A stretch of 64,000 nt of DNA from Eledone cirrhosa. Taxonomy: Eukaryota. The position numbers were made by a program, and so were the translations under genes. The stretch's first letter is position 1, and each line of letters opens with the position of its first letter. Below the pieces are notes generated by a model, which saw only the letters and a program-made list of their open reading frames with translations, had not been told where the DNA came from and made no database searches. Of this stretch, positions 39,801-53,923 are shown in pieces. The stretch spans positions 255,874,001-255,938,000 of the forward strand of contig OZ024741.1 of the NCBI GenBank assembly GCA_964016885.1, given 5' to 3'.

Positions 39801-42800
39801 GTGTTTTGACTTACGAGTGTTCTGATTTACGAGTGTTCTGACTTACGAGTGTTCTGACTTACGAGTGTTCTGACTTACGAGTGTTCTGACTTACGAGTGT
39901 TCCGACTTTACGAGTGTTTCGGCTCACGAATGTTTCGGCTTACGAGTGTTTCGACTTACGAGTGTTTCGACATACGAGTGTTTCGACTTACGAATGTTTT
40001 TGCTTACGGGTGTTTCGACTTACGAATGTTTTTGCTTACGAGTGTTTCGGTTTACGAGTGTTCCGACTTACGAGTGTTCCGACTTACGAGTGTTTCGGCT
40101 TACGAGTGTTTCCGGCTTACGAGTGTTTCAACTTACGAGTGTTCTGACTTACGAGTGTTCTGACTTACGGATGTTTCGACACACGAGTGTTTCGAATTAC
40201 GAGTGTTTCGACTTACGAGTGTTTTGACTTACGGGTGTTTTGACATACGAGTGTTTCGATACGAGTGTTTCGACTTACGAGTGTTCTGACTTACCAGTGT
40301 TCTGATTTACGGATGTTTCGACATACGAGTGTTTCGACTTACGAGTGTTTCGACTTATGAGTGTTTCGACTTACGAGTGTTTTGGCTTACGAGTGTTTCG
40401 ACTTACGAGTGTTTTGACTTACGGTGTTTCGGCTTACGAGTGTTTCGACTTACGAGTGTTTTGACTTACGGGTGTTTTGACATACGAGTGTTTCGATACG
40501 AGTGTTCTGACTTACGAGTGTTCTGACTTACGAGTGTTCTGACTTACGAGTGTTCTGACTTACGAGTGTTCTGATTTACGGATGTTTCGACATACGAGTG
40601 TTTCGACTTACGAGTGTTTCGACTTATGAGTGTTTCGACTTACGAGTGTTTCGGCTTACGAGTGTTTCGACTTACGAGTGTTTTGACTTACGGTGTTTCG
40701 GCTTACGAGTGTTTCGACTTACGAGTGTTTTGACTTACGGGTGTTTTGACATACGAGTGTTTCGATACGAGTGTTCTGACTTACGAGTGTTCTGACTTAC
40801 GAGTGTTTTGACTTACGAGTGTTCTGACTTACGAGTGTTCCGACTTACGAGTGTTCCGACTTACGAGTGTTTCGGCTTACGAGTGTTTCCGGCTTACGAG
40901 TGTTTCGACTTCCGAGTGTTTTGACTTACGGTGTTTCGGCTTACGAGTGATTCGACTTACGAGTGTTTTGACTTACGGGTGATTTGACTTACTGGTGTTG
41001 TGAATTTCGAGTGTTCCGATTTACGAGTGTTTTGACTTACGGTGTTTCGGCTTACGAGTGATTCGACTTACGAATGTTTTGACTTACGGGTGTTTCGGCT
41101 TGCGAGTGTTTCGACTTACGAGTGTTTCGGCTTATGGGTGTTTCGACTTACTAATGTTTTTACTTACGAGTGTTTCGGCGTACGAGTGTTTTGACTTACG
41201 AGTGTTTCGAGTTACGAGTGTTTCGACTTACGAGTGTTTCGACTTACGAGTGTTTCGGCTTACGTGAGTTTCGACTTAAGAGTGTTCTGATTTACGAGTG
41301 TTCTGACTTGCGGGTGTTCTGATTTACGAGTGTTCCGACTTACGAGTGTTTCGGCTTATTAGTGTTTCGACTTACGAGTGTTTCGGCTTACGAGTGTTTC
41401 GACTTATGGGTGTTTCGACTTACGAGTGTTTTTACTTACGGTGTTTCGGCTTACGAGTGTTTCGACATACGAGTGTTTTGACTTACGGGTGTTTCGACTT
41501 ACGAGTGTTTTGACTTACGAATGTTTTGACTTACGGGTGTTTCGGCTTACGAGTGTTTCGACTTACGAGTGTTTAGGCTTACGAGTGTTTCGACTTACTA
41601 ATGTTCTTACGAGTGTTTCGGCGTACGAGAGTTTTGACTTACGAGTGTTTCGACTGACGAGTGTTTCGACTTACGAGTGTTTAGACTTACGAATGTTTTG
41701 ACTTACGGGTGTTTCGGCTGACGATTGTTTCGACTTACGAGTCTTTCGGCTTACGAGTGTTTCGACTTACTAATGTTTTTACTTACGAGTGTTTCGGCGT
41801 ACGAGTGTTTCGACTTACGAGTGTTTCGACTTACGGGTGTTTTGACTTACGGGTGTTTCGGCTTACGAGTGTTTTGACTTACGAGTGTTTTGACTTAAGG
41901 GTGTTTCGACTTACGAGTATTTTTGGCTTACGAGTGTTTCGACTTACGAGTGTTTTGACTTACGAGTGTTCTGATTTACGGATGTTTCGACATACGAGTG
42001 TTTCGACTTACGAGTGTTTCGACTTATGAGTGTTTCGACTTACGAGTGTTTCGGCTTATGAGTGTTTCGACTTACGATTGCTTCGGCTTACGAGTGTTTC
42101 GACTTACGAGTATTTCGGCTTACGAGTGTTTCGACGTACGAATGTTTTGGCTTACGAGTGTTTCGGCTTATGAGTGTTTCGGCTTACGAGTGTTTCGACT
42201 TACGAGTGTTTCGGCTTACGAGTGTTTCAGTGTTTCGGCTTACGTGTGTTTCGACTTACGAGTGTTTCGACTTACGAGTGTTTTGACTTACGAGTGTTCT
42301 GATTTATGGATGTTTCGACATACGAGTGTTTCGACTTACGAGTGTTTCGACTTATGAGTGTTTCGACTTACGAGTGTTTCGACTTACGAGTGTTTCGGCT
42401 TGTGATTGTTTCGACTTACGAGTGTTTTGACTTACGGTGTTTCAGCTTACGAGTGTTTCGACTTACGAGTGTTTTGACTTACGGGTGTTTTGACATACGA
42501 GTGTTTCGATACGAGTGTTCTGACTTACGAGTGTTCTGACTTACGAGTGTTTTGACTTACGAGTGTTCTGACTTACGAGTGTTCCGACTTACGAGTGTTC
42601 CGACTTACGAGTGTTTCGGCTTACGAGTGTTTTGACTTAAGGGTGTTTCGACTTACGAGTGTTTCGATACGAGTGTTTCGACTTACGAGTGTTTCGGCTT
42701 ACGAGTGTTTCGACTTACGAGTGTTTCGACTTACGAGTGTTCCGACTTACGGGTGTTTCGACTTACGAGTGTTTTGGCTTACGGTGTTTCGACTTACGAG

Positions 42801-42976
42801 TGTTTCGAGTTAAGAGTGTTTTGACTTACGAGTGTTCTGATTTACGAGTGTTCTGACTTACGAGTGTTCTGACTTACGAGTGTTCTGACTTACGAGTGTT
42901 CTGACTTACGAGTGTTCCGACTTTACGAGTGTTTCGGCTCACGAGTGTTTCGGCTTACGAGTGTTTCGACTTACGA

Positions 42977-43045
42977 AAATAACAAATAGACGCGGTTTCA
43001 AATCTCTATGCTTTTCAAATCCATTACATTAATCTTTATTTATAC
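42977..43045. repeat. 69-bp AT-rich segment, copy 6 (one T>C: AAATCCATT)
   Basis: Same sequence with one substitution, ATG at 43008. Confidence 0.97.
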
Positions 43046-43792
43046 GTTTCGCTTTACGAGTGTTTCGACTTACGAGTGTTTCGACATACGAGTGTTTCGA
43101 CTTACGAATGTTTTTGCTTACGGGTGTTTCGACTTACGAATGTTTTTGCTTACGAGTGTTTCGGTTTACGAGTGTTCCGACTTACGAGTGTTCCGACTTA
43201 CGAGTGTTTCGGCTTACGAGTGTTTCCGGCTTACGAGTGTTTCAACTTACGAGTGTTCTGATTTACGGATGTTTCGACACACGAGTGTTTCGACTTACGA
43301 GTGTTTTGACTTACGGGTGTTTTGACATACGAGTGTTTCGATACGAGTGTTTCGACTTACGAGTGTTCTGACTTACGAGTGTTCTGTCTTACGAGTGTTC
43401 TGACTTACGAGTGTTCTTACTTACGAGTGTTCCGACTTACGAGTGTTCCGACTTACGAGTGTTTCGGCTTACGAGTGTTTCGGCTTACGAGTGTTTCGAC
43501 TTACGAATGTTTCGACTTACGAGTGTTCCGACTTACGGGTGTTTCGACTTACGAGTGTTTTGGCTTACGGTGTTTCGGCTTACGAGTGTTTCGAGTTACG
43601 AGTGTTTTGACTTACACGTGTTTTGACATACGAGTGTTTCGATACGAGTGTTCTGACTTACGAGTGTTCTGACTTACGAGTGTTCTGACTTACGAGTGTT
43701 CTGACTTACGAGTGTTCTGACTTACGAGTGTTCCGACTTTACGAGTGTTTCGGCTCACGAGTGTTTCGGCTTACGAGTGTTTCGACTTACGA

Positions 43793-43861
43793 AAATAACA
43801 AATAGACGCGGTTTCAAATCTCTATGCTTTTCAAATTCATTACATTAATCTTTATTTATAC
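43793..43861. repeat. 69-bp AT-rich segment, copy 7
   Basis: Same sequence, ATG at 43824. Confidence 0.97.
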
Positions 43862-46779
43862 GTTTCGCTTTACGAGTGTTTCGACTTACGAGTGTTTCGA
43901 CATACGAGTGTTTCGGCTTACGAGTGTTTTGATTTACGAGTGTTTTGACTTACGGGTGCTTCGACTTACGCGTGTTTCGACTTACGAGTGTTTCGACTTA
44001 CGAGTGTTTCGACTTACGAGTGTTTCGGCTTACGAGTGTTTTGACTTACGAATGTTTTGACTTACGATTGTTTCGGCTTACGAGTGTTTCGACTTACGAG
44101 TGTTCTGACTACGAGTGTTCTGACTTACGGGTGTTCTGACTTACGAGTGTTCCGACTTACGAGTGTTTCGGCTTATGAGTGTTTCGACTTACGAGTGCTT
44201 CGACTTACGAGTGTTTCGGCTTACGGGTGTTTCGACTTACGAATGTTTTTGCTTACGAGTGTTTCGGCTTACGAGTGTTTCGGCTTATGAGTGTTTCGAC
44301 TTACGAGTGTTTTGACTTACGGGTGTTTTGACATACGAGTGTTTCGATACGATTGTTCTGACTTACGAGTGTTTCCGCTTACGAGTGTTTCGGCTTACGA
44401 GTGTTTCGACTTACTAATGTTTTTACTTACGAGTGTTTCGGTGTACGAGTGTTTCGACTTAAGGATGTTTCGACTTACGAGTGTTTCGACTTACGAGTGT
44501 TTCGACTTACGAGTGTTTCGACTTACGAGTGTTTTGGCTTACGAATGTTTTGACTTACGGGTGTTTCGACTTACGAGTGTTTCGATACGATTGTTCTGAC
44601 TTACGAGTGTTTCCGCTTACGAGTGTTTCGACTTATGAGTGTTTCGACTTACGAGTGTTCTGACTTACGAGTGTTCTGACTTACGAGTGTTCTGATTTAC
44701 GGATGTTTCGACACACGAGTGTTTCGATACGAGTGTTTCGACTTACGAGTGTTTCGACTTATGAGTGTTTCGACTTACGAGTGTTCTGACTTACGAGTGT
44801 TCTGACTTACGAGTGTTCCGACTTACGAGTGTTTCGGTTTACGAGTGTTTCGACATACGAGTGTTTTGACTTACGGGTGTTTCGACTTACGGGTGTTTCG
44901 ACTTACGAGTGTTTTGGCTTACGAGTGTTTCGACTTACTAATGTTTTTACTTACGAGTGTTTCGGTGTACGAATGTTTTGACTTAAGGATGTTTCGACTT
45001 ACGAGTGTTTCGACTTACGAGTGTTTCGGCTTACGTGAGTTTCGACTTAAGATTGTTCTGATTTACGAGTGTTCTGACTTACGAGTGTTTCGGCTTATGA
45101 GTGTTTCGACTTACGAGTGTTTCGGCTTACGAGTGTTTCGACTTATGGGTGTTTCGACTTACGAGTGTTTTTACTTACGGTGTTTCGGCTTACGAGTGTT
45201 TCGACATACGAGTGTTTTGACTTACGGGTGTTTCGGCTTACGAGTGTTTCGACTTACGAGTGTTTTGACTTACGGGTGTTTCGACTTACGGTGTTTCGGC
45301 TTACGAGTGTTTCGACTTACGAGTGTTTTGACTTACGGGTGTTTTGACATACGAGTGTTTCGATACGAGTGTTCTGACTTACGAGTGTTCTGACTTACGA
45401 GTGTTTTGACTTACGAGTGTTCTGACTTACGAGTGTTCCGACTTACGAGTGTTCCGACTTACGAGTGTTTCGGCTTACGAGTGTTTACGGCTTACGAGTG
45501 TTTCGACTTCCGAGTGTTTTGACTTACGGTGTTTCGGCTTACGAGTGATTCGACTTACGAGTGTTTTGACTTACGGGTGATTTGACTTACGGGTGTTGTG
45601 AATTACGAGTGTTGCGATTTACTAGTGTTTTGACTTACGGTGTTTCGGCTTACGAGTGATTCGACTTACGAATGTTTTGACTTACGGCTGTTTCGGCTTG
45701 CGAGTGTTTCGACTTACGAGTGTTTCGACTTACGAGTGTTTCGACTTACGAGTGTTTTGGCTTACGAATGTTTTGACTTACGGGTGTTTCGACTTACGAG
45801 TGTTTCGACTTATGAGTGTTTGGACTTACGAGTGTTTCGGCTTATGAGTGTTTCGACTTACGAGTGCTTCGGCTTACGAGTGTTTCGACTGACGAGTATT
45901 TCGGCTTACGAGTGTTTCGACGTACGAATGTTTTGGCTTACGAGTGTTTCGGCTTATGAGTGTTTCGGCTTACGAGTGTTTCGACTTACGAGGGTTTCGG
46001 CTTACGAGTGTTTCAGTGTTTCGGCTTACGTGTGTTTCGACTTACGACTGTTTCGGCTTACGAGTGTTTCGGCTTACGAGTGTTTCGGCTTACGAGTGTT
46101 TTGAATTACGATTGTTTGGCTTACGAGTGTTCTGACTTACGGGTGTTCTGACTTACGAGGGTTCCGACTTACGAGTGTTTCGGCTTATGAGGGTTTCGAC
46201 TTACGAGTGCTTCGGCTTACGAGTGTTTCGACTTACGAGTATTTCGGCTTACGAGTGTTTCGACTTACGAGTGTTTTGACTTACGGTGTTTCGGCTTACG
46301 AGTGTTTCGACATACGAGTGTTTTGACGTACGGGTGTTTCGACTTACGGGTCTTTCGACTTAAGAGTGTTTCGACTTACGAGCGCTTCGACTTACGAGTG
46401 TTTCGACTTACGAGTGTTTCGGCGTATGAGTGTTTTGACTTACGAGTGTTTCGACTTACGAGTGTTTCGACTTACGAGTGTTTTGACTTACGGTGTTTCT
46501 GCTTACGAGTGTTTCGACTTACGAGTGTTATGACTTACGGGTGTTTTGACATACGAGTGTTTCGACTTACGAGTGTTTTGACTTACGGGTGTTTTGACAT
46601 ACGAGTGTTTCGATAGGAGTGTTCTGACTTACGAGTGTTCTGACTTACGAGTGTTCTGACTTACGAGTGTTCTGACTTACGAGTGTTCTGACTTACGAGT
46701 GTTCTGACTTACGAGTGTTCCGACTTTACGAGTGTTTCGGCTCACGAGTGTTTCGGCTTACGAGTGTTTCGACTTACGA

Positions 46780-46848
46780 AAATAACAAATAGACGCGGTT
46801 TCAAATCTCTATGCTTTTCAAATTCATTACATTAATCTTTATTTATAC
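46780..46848. repeat. 69-bp AT-rich segment, copy 8
   Basis: Same sequence, ATG at 46811. Confidence 0.97.
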
Positions 46849-49800
46849 GTTTCGCTTTACGAGTGTTTCGACTTACGAGTGTTTCGACATACGAGTGTTT
46901 CGGCTTACGAGTGTTTTGATTTACGAGTGTTTTGACTTACGGGTGCTTCGACTTACGCGTGTTTCGACTTACGAGTGTTTCGACTTACGAGTGTTTCGGC
47001 TTATGAGTGTTTTGACTTACGAATGTTTTCACTTACGATTGTTTCGGCTTACGAGTGTTTCGACTTACGAGTGTTCTGACTACGAGTGTTCTGACTTACG
47101 GGTGTTCTGACTTACGAGTGTTCTGACTTACGAGTGTTTCGGCTTATGAGTGTTTCGACTTACGAGTGCTTCGACTTACGAGTGTTTCGGCTTACGGGTG
47201 TTTCGACTTACGAATGTTTTTGCTTACGAGTGTTTCGGCTTACGAGTGTTTCGGCTTATGAGTGTTTCGACTTACGAGTGTTTTGACTTACGGGTGTTTT
47301 GACATACGAGTGTTTCGATACGATTGTTCTGACTTACGAGTGTTTCCGCTTACGAGTGTTTCGGCTTACGAGTGTTTCGACTTACTAATGTTTTTACTTA
47401 CGAGTGTTTCGGTGTACGAGTGTTTCGACTTACGAGTGTTTCGACTTACGAGTGTTTCGACTTACGAGTGTTTCGACTTACGAGTGTTTTGGCTTACGAA
47501 TGTTTTGACTTACGGGTGTTTCGACTTACGAGTGTTTCGACTTATGAGTGTTTCGACTTACGAGTGTTTCGGCTTATGAGTGTTTCGACTTACGAGTGCT
47601 TCGGCTTACGAGTGTTTCGACTTACGAGTATTTCGGCTTACGAGTGTTTCGACGTACGAATGTTTTGGCTTACGAGTGTTTCGGCTTATGAGTGTTTCGG
47701 CTTACGAGTGTTTCGACTTACGAGTGTTTCGGCTTACGAGTGTTTCAGTGTTTCGGCTTACGTGTGTTTCGACTTACGAGTGTTTCGACTTACGACTGTT
47801 TCGGCTTACGAGTGTTTCGGCTTACGAATGTTTCGGCTTACGAGTGTTTTGACTTACGATTGTTTGGCTTACGAGTGTTCTGACTTACGGGTGTTCTGAC
47901 TTACGAGTGTTCCGACTTACGAGTGTTTCGGCTTATGAGGGTTTCGACTTACGAGTGCTTCGGCTTACGAGTGTTTCGACTTACGAGTGTTTCGGCTTAC
48001 GAGTGTTTCGACTTACGAGTGTTTTGACGTACGGGTGTTTCGACTTACGGGTCTTTCGACTTAAGAGTTTTTCGACTTACGAGCGCTTCGACTTACGAGT
48101 GTTTCGACTTACGAGTGTTTCGGCGTATGAGTGTTTTGACTTACGAGTGTTTCGACTTACGAGTGTTTCGACTTACGAGTGTTTCGAATTACGAGTGTTT
48201 CGACTTACGAGTGTTTTGACTTACGAGTGTTTTGACTTACGGTGTTTCTGCTTACGAGTGTTTCGACTTTCGAGTGTTATGACTTACGGGTGTTTTGACA
48301 TACGAGTGTTTCGACTTACGAGTCTTACGGCTTACGAGTGTTTCGACTTACTAATGTTTTTACTTACGAGTGTTTCGGCGTACGAGTGTTTCGACTTCCG
48401 AGTGTTTCGACTTACAGGTGTTTTGACTTACGGGTGTTTCGGCTTACGAGTGTTTTGACTTACGAGTGTTTTGACTTAAGGGTGTTTCGACTTACGAGTA
48501 TTTTTGGCTTACGAGTGTTTCGACTTACGAGTGTTTTGACTTACGAGTGTTCTGATTTACGGATGTTTCGACACACGAGTGTTTCGAATTACGAGTGTTT
48601 CGACTTACGAGTGTTTTGACTTACGGGTGTTTTGACATACGAGTGTTTCGATACGAGTGTTTCGACTTATGAGTGTTTCGACTTACGAGTGTTCTGACTT
48701 ACGAGTGTTCTGACTTACGAGTGTTCTGATTTACGGATGTTTCGACACACGAGTGTTTCGATACGAGTGTTTCGACTTACGAGTGTTTCGACTTATGAGT
48801 GTTTCGACTTACGAGTGTTCTGACTTACGAGTGTTCTGACTTACGAGTGTTCCGACTTACGAGTGTTTCGGTTTACGAGTGTTTCGACATACGAGTGTTT
48901 TGACTTACGGGTGTTTCGACTTACGGGTGTTTCGACTTACGAGTGTTTTGGCTTACGAGTGTTTCGACTTACTAATGTTTTTACTTACGAGTGTTTCGGT
49001 GTACGAATGTTTTGACTTAAGGATGTTTCGACTTACGAGTGTTTCGACTTACGAGTGTTTCGGCTTACGTGAGTTTCGACTTAAGATTGTTCTGATTTAC
49101 GAGTGTTCTGACTTACGAGTGTTTCGGCTTATGAGTGTTTCGACTTACGAGTGTTTCGGCTTACGAGTGTTTCGACTTATGGGTGTTTCGACTTACGAGT
49201 GTTTTTACTTACGGTGTTTCGGCTTACGAGTGTTTCGACATACGAGTGTTTTGACTTACGGGTGTTTCGGCTTACGAGTGTTTCGACTTACGAGTGTTTT
49301 GACTTACGGGTGTTTCGACTTACGGTGTTTCGGCTTACGAGTGTTTCGACTTACGAGTGTTTTGACTTACGGGTGTTTTGACATACGAGTGTTTCGATAC
49401 GAGTGTTCTGACTTACGAGTGTTCTGACTTACGAGTGTTTTGACTTACGAGTGTTCTGACTTACGAGTGTTCCGACTTACGAGTGTTCCGACTTACGAGT
49501 GTTTCGGCTTACGAGTGTTTACGGCTTACGAGTGTTTCGACTTCCGAGTGTTTTGACTTACGGTGTTTCGGCTTACGAGTGATTCGACTTACGAGTGTTT
49601 TGACTTACGGGTGATTTGACTTACGGGTGTTGTGAATTACGAGTGTTGCGATTTACTAGTGTTTTGACTTACGGTGTTTCGGCTTACGAGTGATTCGACT
49701 TACGAATGTTTTGACTTACGGCTGTTTCGGCTTGCGAGTGTTTCGACTTACGAGTGTTTCGGCTTATGGGTGTTTCGACTTACTAATGTTTTTACTTACG

Positions 49801-52800
49801 AGTGTTTCGGCGTACGAGTGTTTTGACTTACGAGTGTTTCGACTTACGAGTGTTTCGACTTACGAGTGTTTCGGCTTACGTGAGTTTCGACTTAAGAGTG
49901 TTCTGATTTACGAGTGTTCTGACTTGCGGGTGTTCTGATTTACGAGTGTTCCGACGTACGAGTGTTTCGGCTTATTAGTGTTTCGACTTACGAGTGTTTC
50001 GGCTTACGAGTGTTTCGACTTATGGGTGTTTCGACTTACGAGTGTTTTTACTTACGGTGTTTCGGCTTACGAGTGTTTCGACATACGAGTGTTTTGACTT
50101 ACGGGTGTTTCGACTTACGAGTGTTTTGACTTACGAATGTTTTGACTTACGGGTGTTTCGGCTTACGAGTGTTTCGACTTACGAGTGTTTCGGCTTACGA
50201 GTGTTTCGACTTACTAATGTTCTTACTTACGAATGTTTCGGCGTACGAGAGTTTTGACTTACGAGTGTTTCGACTTACGAGTGTTTCGACTTACGAGTGT
50301 TTTAACTTACGAATGTTTTGACTTACGGGTGTTTCGGCTTACGAGTGTTTCGACTTACGAGTCTTTCGGCTTACGAGTGTTTCGACTTACTAATGTTTTT
50401 ACTTACGAGTGTTTCGGCGTAGTGTTTCGACTTACGAGTGTTTCGACTTACGGGTGTTTTGACTTACGGGTGTTTCGGCTTACGAGTGTTTTGACTTACG
50501 AGTGTTTTGACTTAAGGGTGTTTCGACTTACGAGTATTTTTGGCTTACGAGTGTTTCGACTTACGAGTGTTTTGACTTACGAGTGTTCTGATTTACGGAT
50601 GTTTCGACATACGAGTGTTTCGACTTACGAGTGTTTCGACTTATGACTGTTTCGAATTACGAGTGTTTCGGCTTATGAGTGTTTCGACTTACGAGTGCTT
50701 CGGCTTACGAGTGTTTCGACTTACGAGTATTTCGGCTTTCGAGTGTTTCGACGTAAGAATGTTTTGGCTTATGAGTGTTTCGGCTTATGAGTGTTTCGGC
50801 TTACGAGTGTTTCGACTTACGAGTGTTTCGGCTTACGAGTGTTTCAGTGTTTCGGCTTACGTGTGTTTCGACTTACGAGTGTTTCGACTTACGACTGTTT
50901 CGGCTTACGAGTGTTTCGGCTTACGAGTGTTTCGACTTACGAGTGTTTTGACTTACGAATGTTTTGACTTACGGGTGTTTCGGCTTACGAGTGTTTCGAC
51001 TTACGAGTCTTTCGGCTTACGAGTGTTTCGACTTACTAATGTTTTTACTTACGAGTGTTTCGGCGTACGAGTGTTTCGACTTACGAGTGTTTCGACTTAC
51101 GGGTGTTTTGACTTACGGGTGTTTCGGCTTACGAGTGTTTTGACTTACGAGTGTTTTGACTTAAGGGTGTTTCGACTTACGAGTATTTTTGGCTTACGAG
51201 TGTTTCGACTTACGAGTGTTTTGACTTACGAGTGTTCTGATTTACGGATGTTTCGACATACGAGTGTTTCGACTTACGAGTGTTTCGACTTACTAATGTT
51301 CTTACTTACGAGTGTTTCGGCGTACGAGAGTTTTGACTTACGAGTGTTTCGACTTACGAGTGTTTCGACTTACGAGTGTTTTGACTTACGAATGTTTTGA
51401 CTTACGGGTGTTTCGGCTAACGAGTGTTTCGACTTACGAGTCTTTCGGCTTACGAGTGTTTCGACTTACTAATGTTTTTACTTACGAGTGTTTCGGCGTA
51501 CGAGTGTTTCGACTTACGAGTGTTTCGACTTACGGGTGTTTAGACTTACGGGTGTTTCGGCTTACGAGTGTTTTGACTTACGAGTGTTTTGACTTAAGGT
51601 TGTTTCGACTGACGAGTATTTTTGGCTTACGAGTGTTTCGACTTACGAGTGTTTTGACTTACGAGTGTTCTGATTTACGGATGTTTCGACATACGAGTGT
51701 TTCGACTTACGAGTGTTTCGACTTATGAGTGTTTCGACTTACGAGTGTTTCGGCTTATGAGTGTTTCGACTTACGAGTGCTTCGGCTTACGAGTGTTTCG
51801 ACTTACGAGTATTTCGGCTTACGAGTGTTTCGACGTACGAATGTTTTGGCTTACGAGTGTTTCGGCTTATGAGTGTTTCGGCTTACGAGTGTTTCGACTT
51901 ACGAGTGTTTCGGCTTACGAGTGTTTCAGTGTTTCGGCTTACGTGTGTTTCGACTTACGATTGTTTCGACTTACGACTGTTTCGGCTTACGAGTGTTTCG
52001 GCTTGAGAGTGTTTCGGCTTACGAGTGTTTTGACTTACGAGTGTTTTGACTTACGATTGTTTGGCTTACGAGTGTTCTGACTTACGGGTGTTCTGACTTT
52101 CGAATGTTCCGACTTACGAGTGTTTCGGCTTATGAGGGTTTCGACTTACGAGTGCTTCGGCTTACGAGTGTTTCGACTTACGAGTGTTTCGGCTTACGAG
52201 TGTTTCGACTTACGAGTGTTTCGACTTACGAGTGTTTTGACTTACGGTGTTTCGGCTTACGAGTGTTTCGACATACGAGTGTTTTGACGTACGGGTGTTT
52301 CGACTTACGGGTCTTTCGACTTAAGAGTGTTTCGACTTACGAGCGCTTCGACTTACGAGTGTTTCGACTTACGAGTGTTTCGGCGTATGAGTGTTTTGAC
52401 TTACGAGTGTTTCGACTTACGAGTGTTTCGAATTACGAGTGTTTCGACTTACGAGTGTTTTGACTTACGAGTGTTTTGACTTCGGTGTTTCTGCTTACGA
52501 GTGTTTCGACTTACGAGTGTTATGACTTACGGGTGTTTTCACATACGAGTGTTTCGACTTACGAGTGTTTTGACTTACGGGTGTTTTGATATACTAGTGT
52601 TTCGATACGAGTGTTCTGACTTACGAGTGTTCTGACTTACGAGTGTTCTGACTTACGAGTGTTTCGACATACGAGTGTTTTGACTTACGGGTGTTTCGAC
52701 TTACGAGTGTTTTCACTTACGAATGTTTTGACTTACGGGTGTTTCGGCTTACGAGTGTTTCGACTTACGAGTGTTTCGGCTTACGAGTGTTTCGACTTAC

Positions 52801-53854
52801 TAATATTTTTACTTACGAGTGTTTCGGCGTACGAGAGTTTTGACTTACGCGTGTTTCGACTTACGAGTGTTTCGACTTACGAGTATTTTGACTTACGAAT
52901 GTTTTGACTTACGGGTGTTTCGGCTTACGAGTGTTTCGACTTACGAGTCTTTCGGCTTACGAGTGTTTCGACTTACTAATGTTTTTACTTACGAGTGTTT
53001 CGGCGTACGAGTGTTTCGACTTCCGAGTGTTTCGACTTACGGGTGTTTTGACTGACGGGTGTATCGGCTTACGAGTGTTTTGACTTACGAGTGTTTTGAC
53101 TTAAGGGTGTTTCGACTTACGAGTATTTTTGGCTTACGAGTGTTTCGACTTACGAGTGTTTTGACTTACGAGTGTTCTGATTTACGGATGTTTCGACATA
53201 CGAGTGTTTCGACTTACGAGTGTTTCGACTTATGAGTGTTTCGACTTACGAGTGTTTCGACTTACGAGTGTTTCGGCTTGTGATTGTTTCGACTTACGAG
53301 TGTTTTGACTTACGGTGTTTCAGCTTACGAGTGTTTCGACTTACGAGTGTTTTGACTTACGGGTGTTTTGACATACGAGTGTTTCGATACGAGTGTTCTG
53401 ACTTACGAGTGTTCTGACTTACGAGTGTTTTGACTTACGAGTGTTCTGACTTACGAGTGTTCCGACTTACGAGTGTTCCGACTTACGAGTGTTTCGGCTT
53501 ACGAGTGTTTTGACTTAAGGGTGTTTCGACTTACGAGTGTTTCGATACGAGTGTTTCGACTTACGAGTGTTTCGGCTTACGAGTGTTTCGACTTACGAGT
53601 GTTTCGACTTACGAGTGTTCCGACTTACGGGTGTTTCGACTTACGAGTGTTTTGGCTTACGGTGTTTCGACTTACGAGTGTTTCGAGTTAAGAGTGTTTT
53701 GACTTACGAGTGTTCTGATTTACTAGTGTTCTGACTTACGAGTGTTCTGACTTACGAGTGTTCCGACTTACGAGTCTTCTGACTTACGAGTGTTCCGACT
53801 TTACGAGTGTTTCGGCTCACGAATGTTTCGGCTTACGAGTGTTTCGACTTACGA

Positions 53855-53923
53855 AAATAACAAATAGACGCGGTTTCAAATCTCTATGCTTTTCAAATTC
53901 ATTACATTAATCTTTATTTATAC
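53855..53923. repeat. 69-bp AT-rich segment, copy 9
   Basis: Same sequence, ATG at 53886. Confidence 0.97.

Larger units (their letters stand above)
25546..41224 (+). repeat. ~15.68-kb tandem segmental duplication, copy 2
   Basis: Near-identical and collinear with 9860-25545. Confidence 0.93.
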
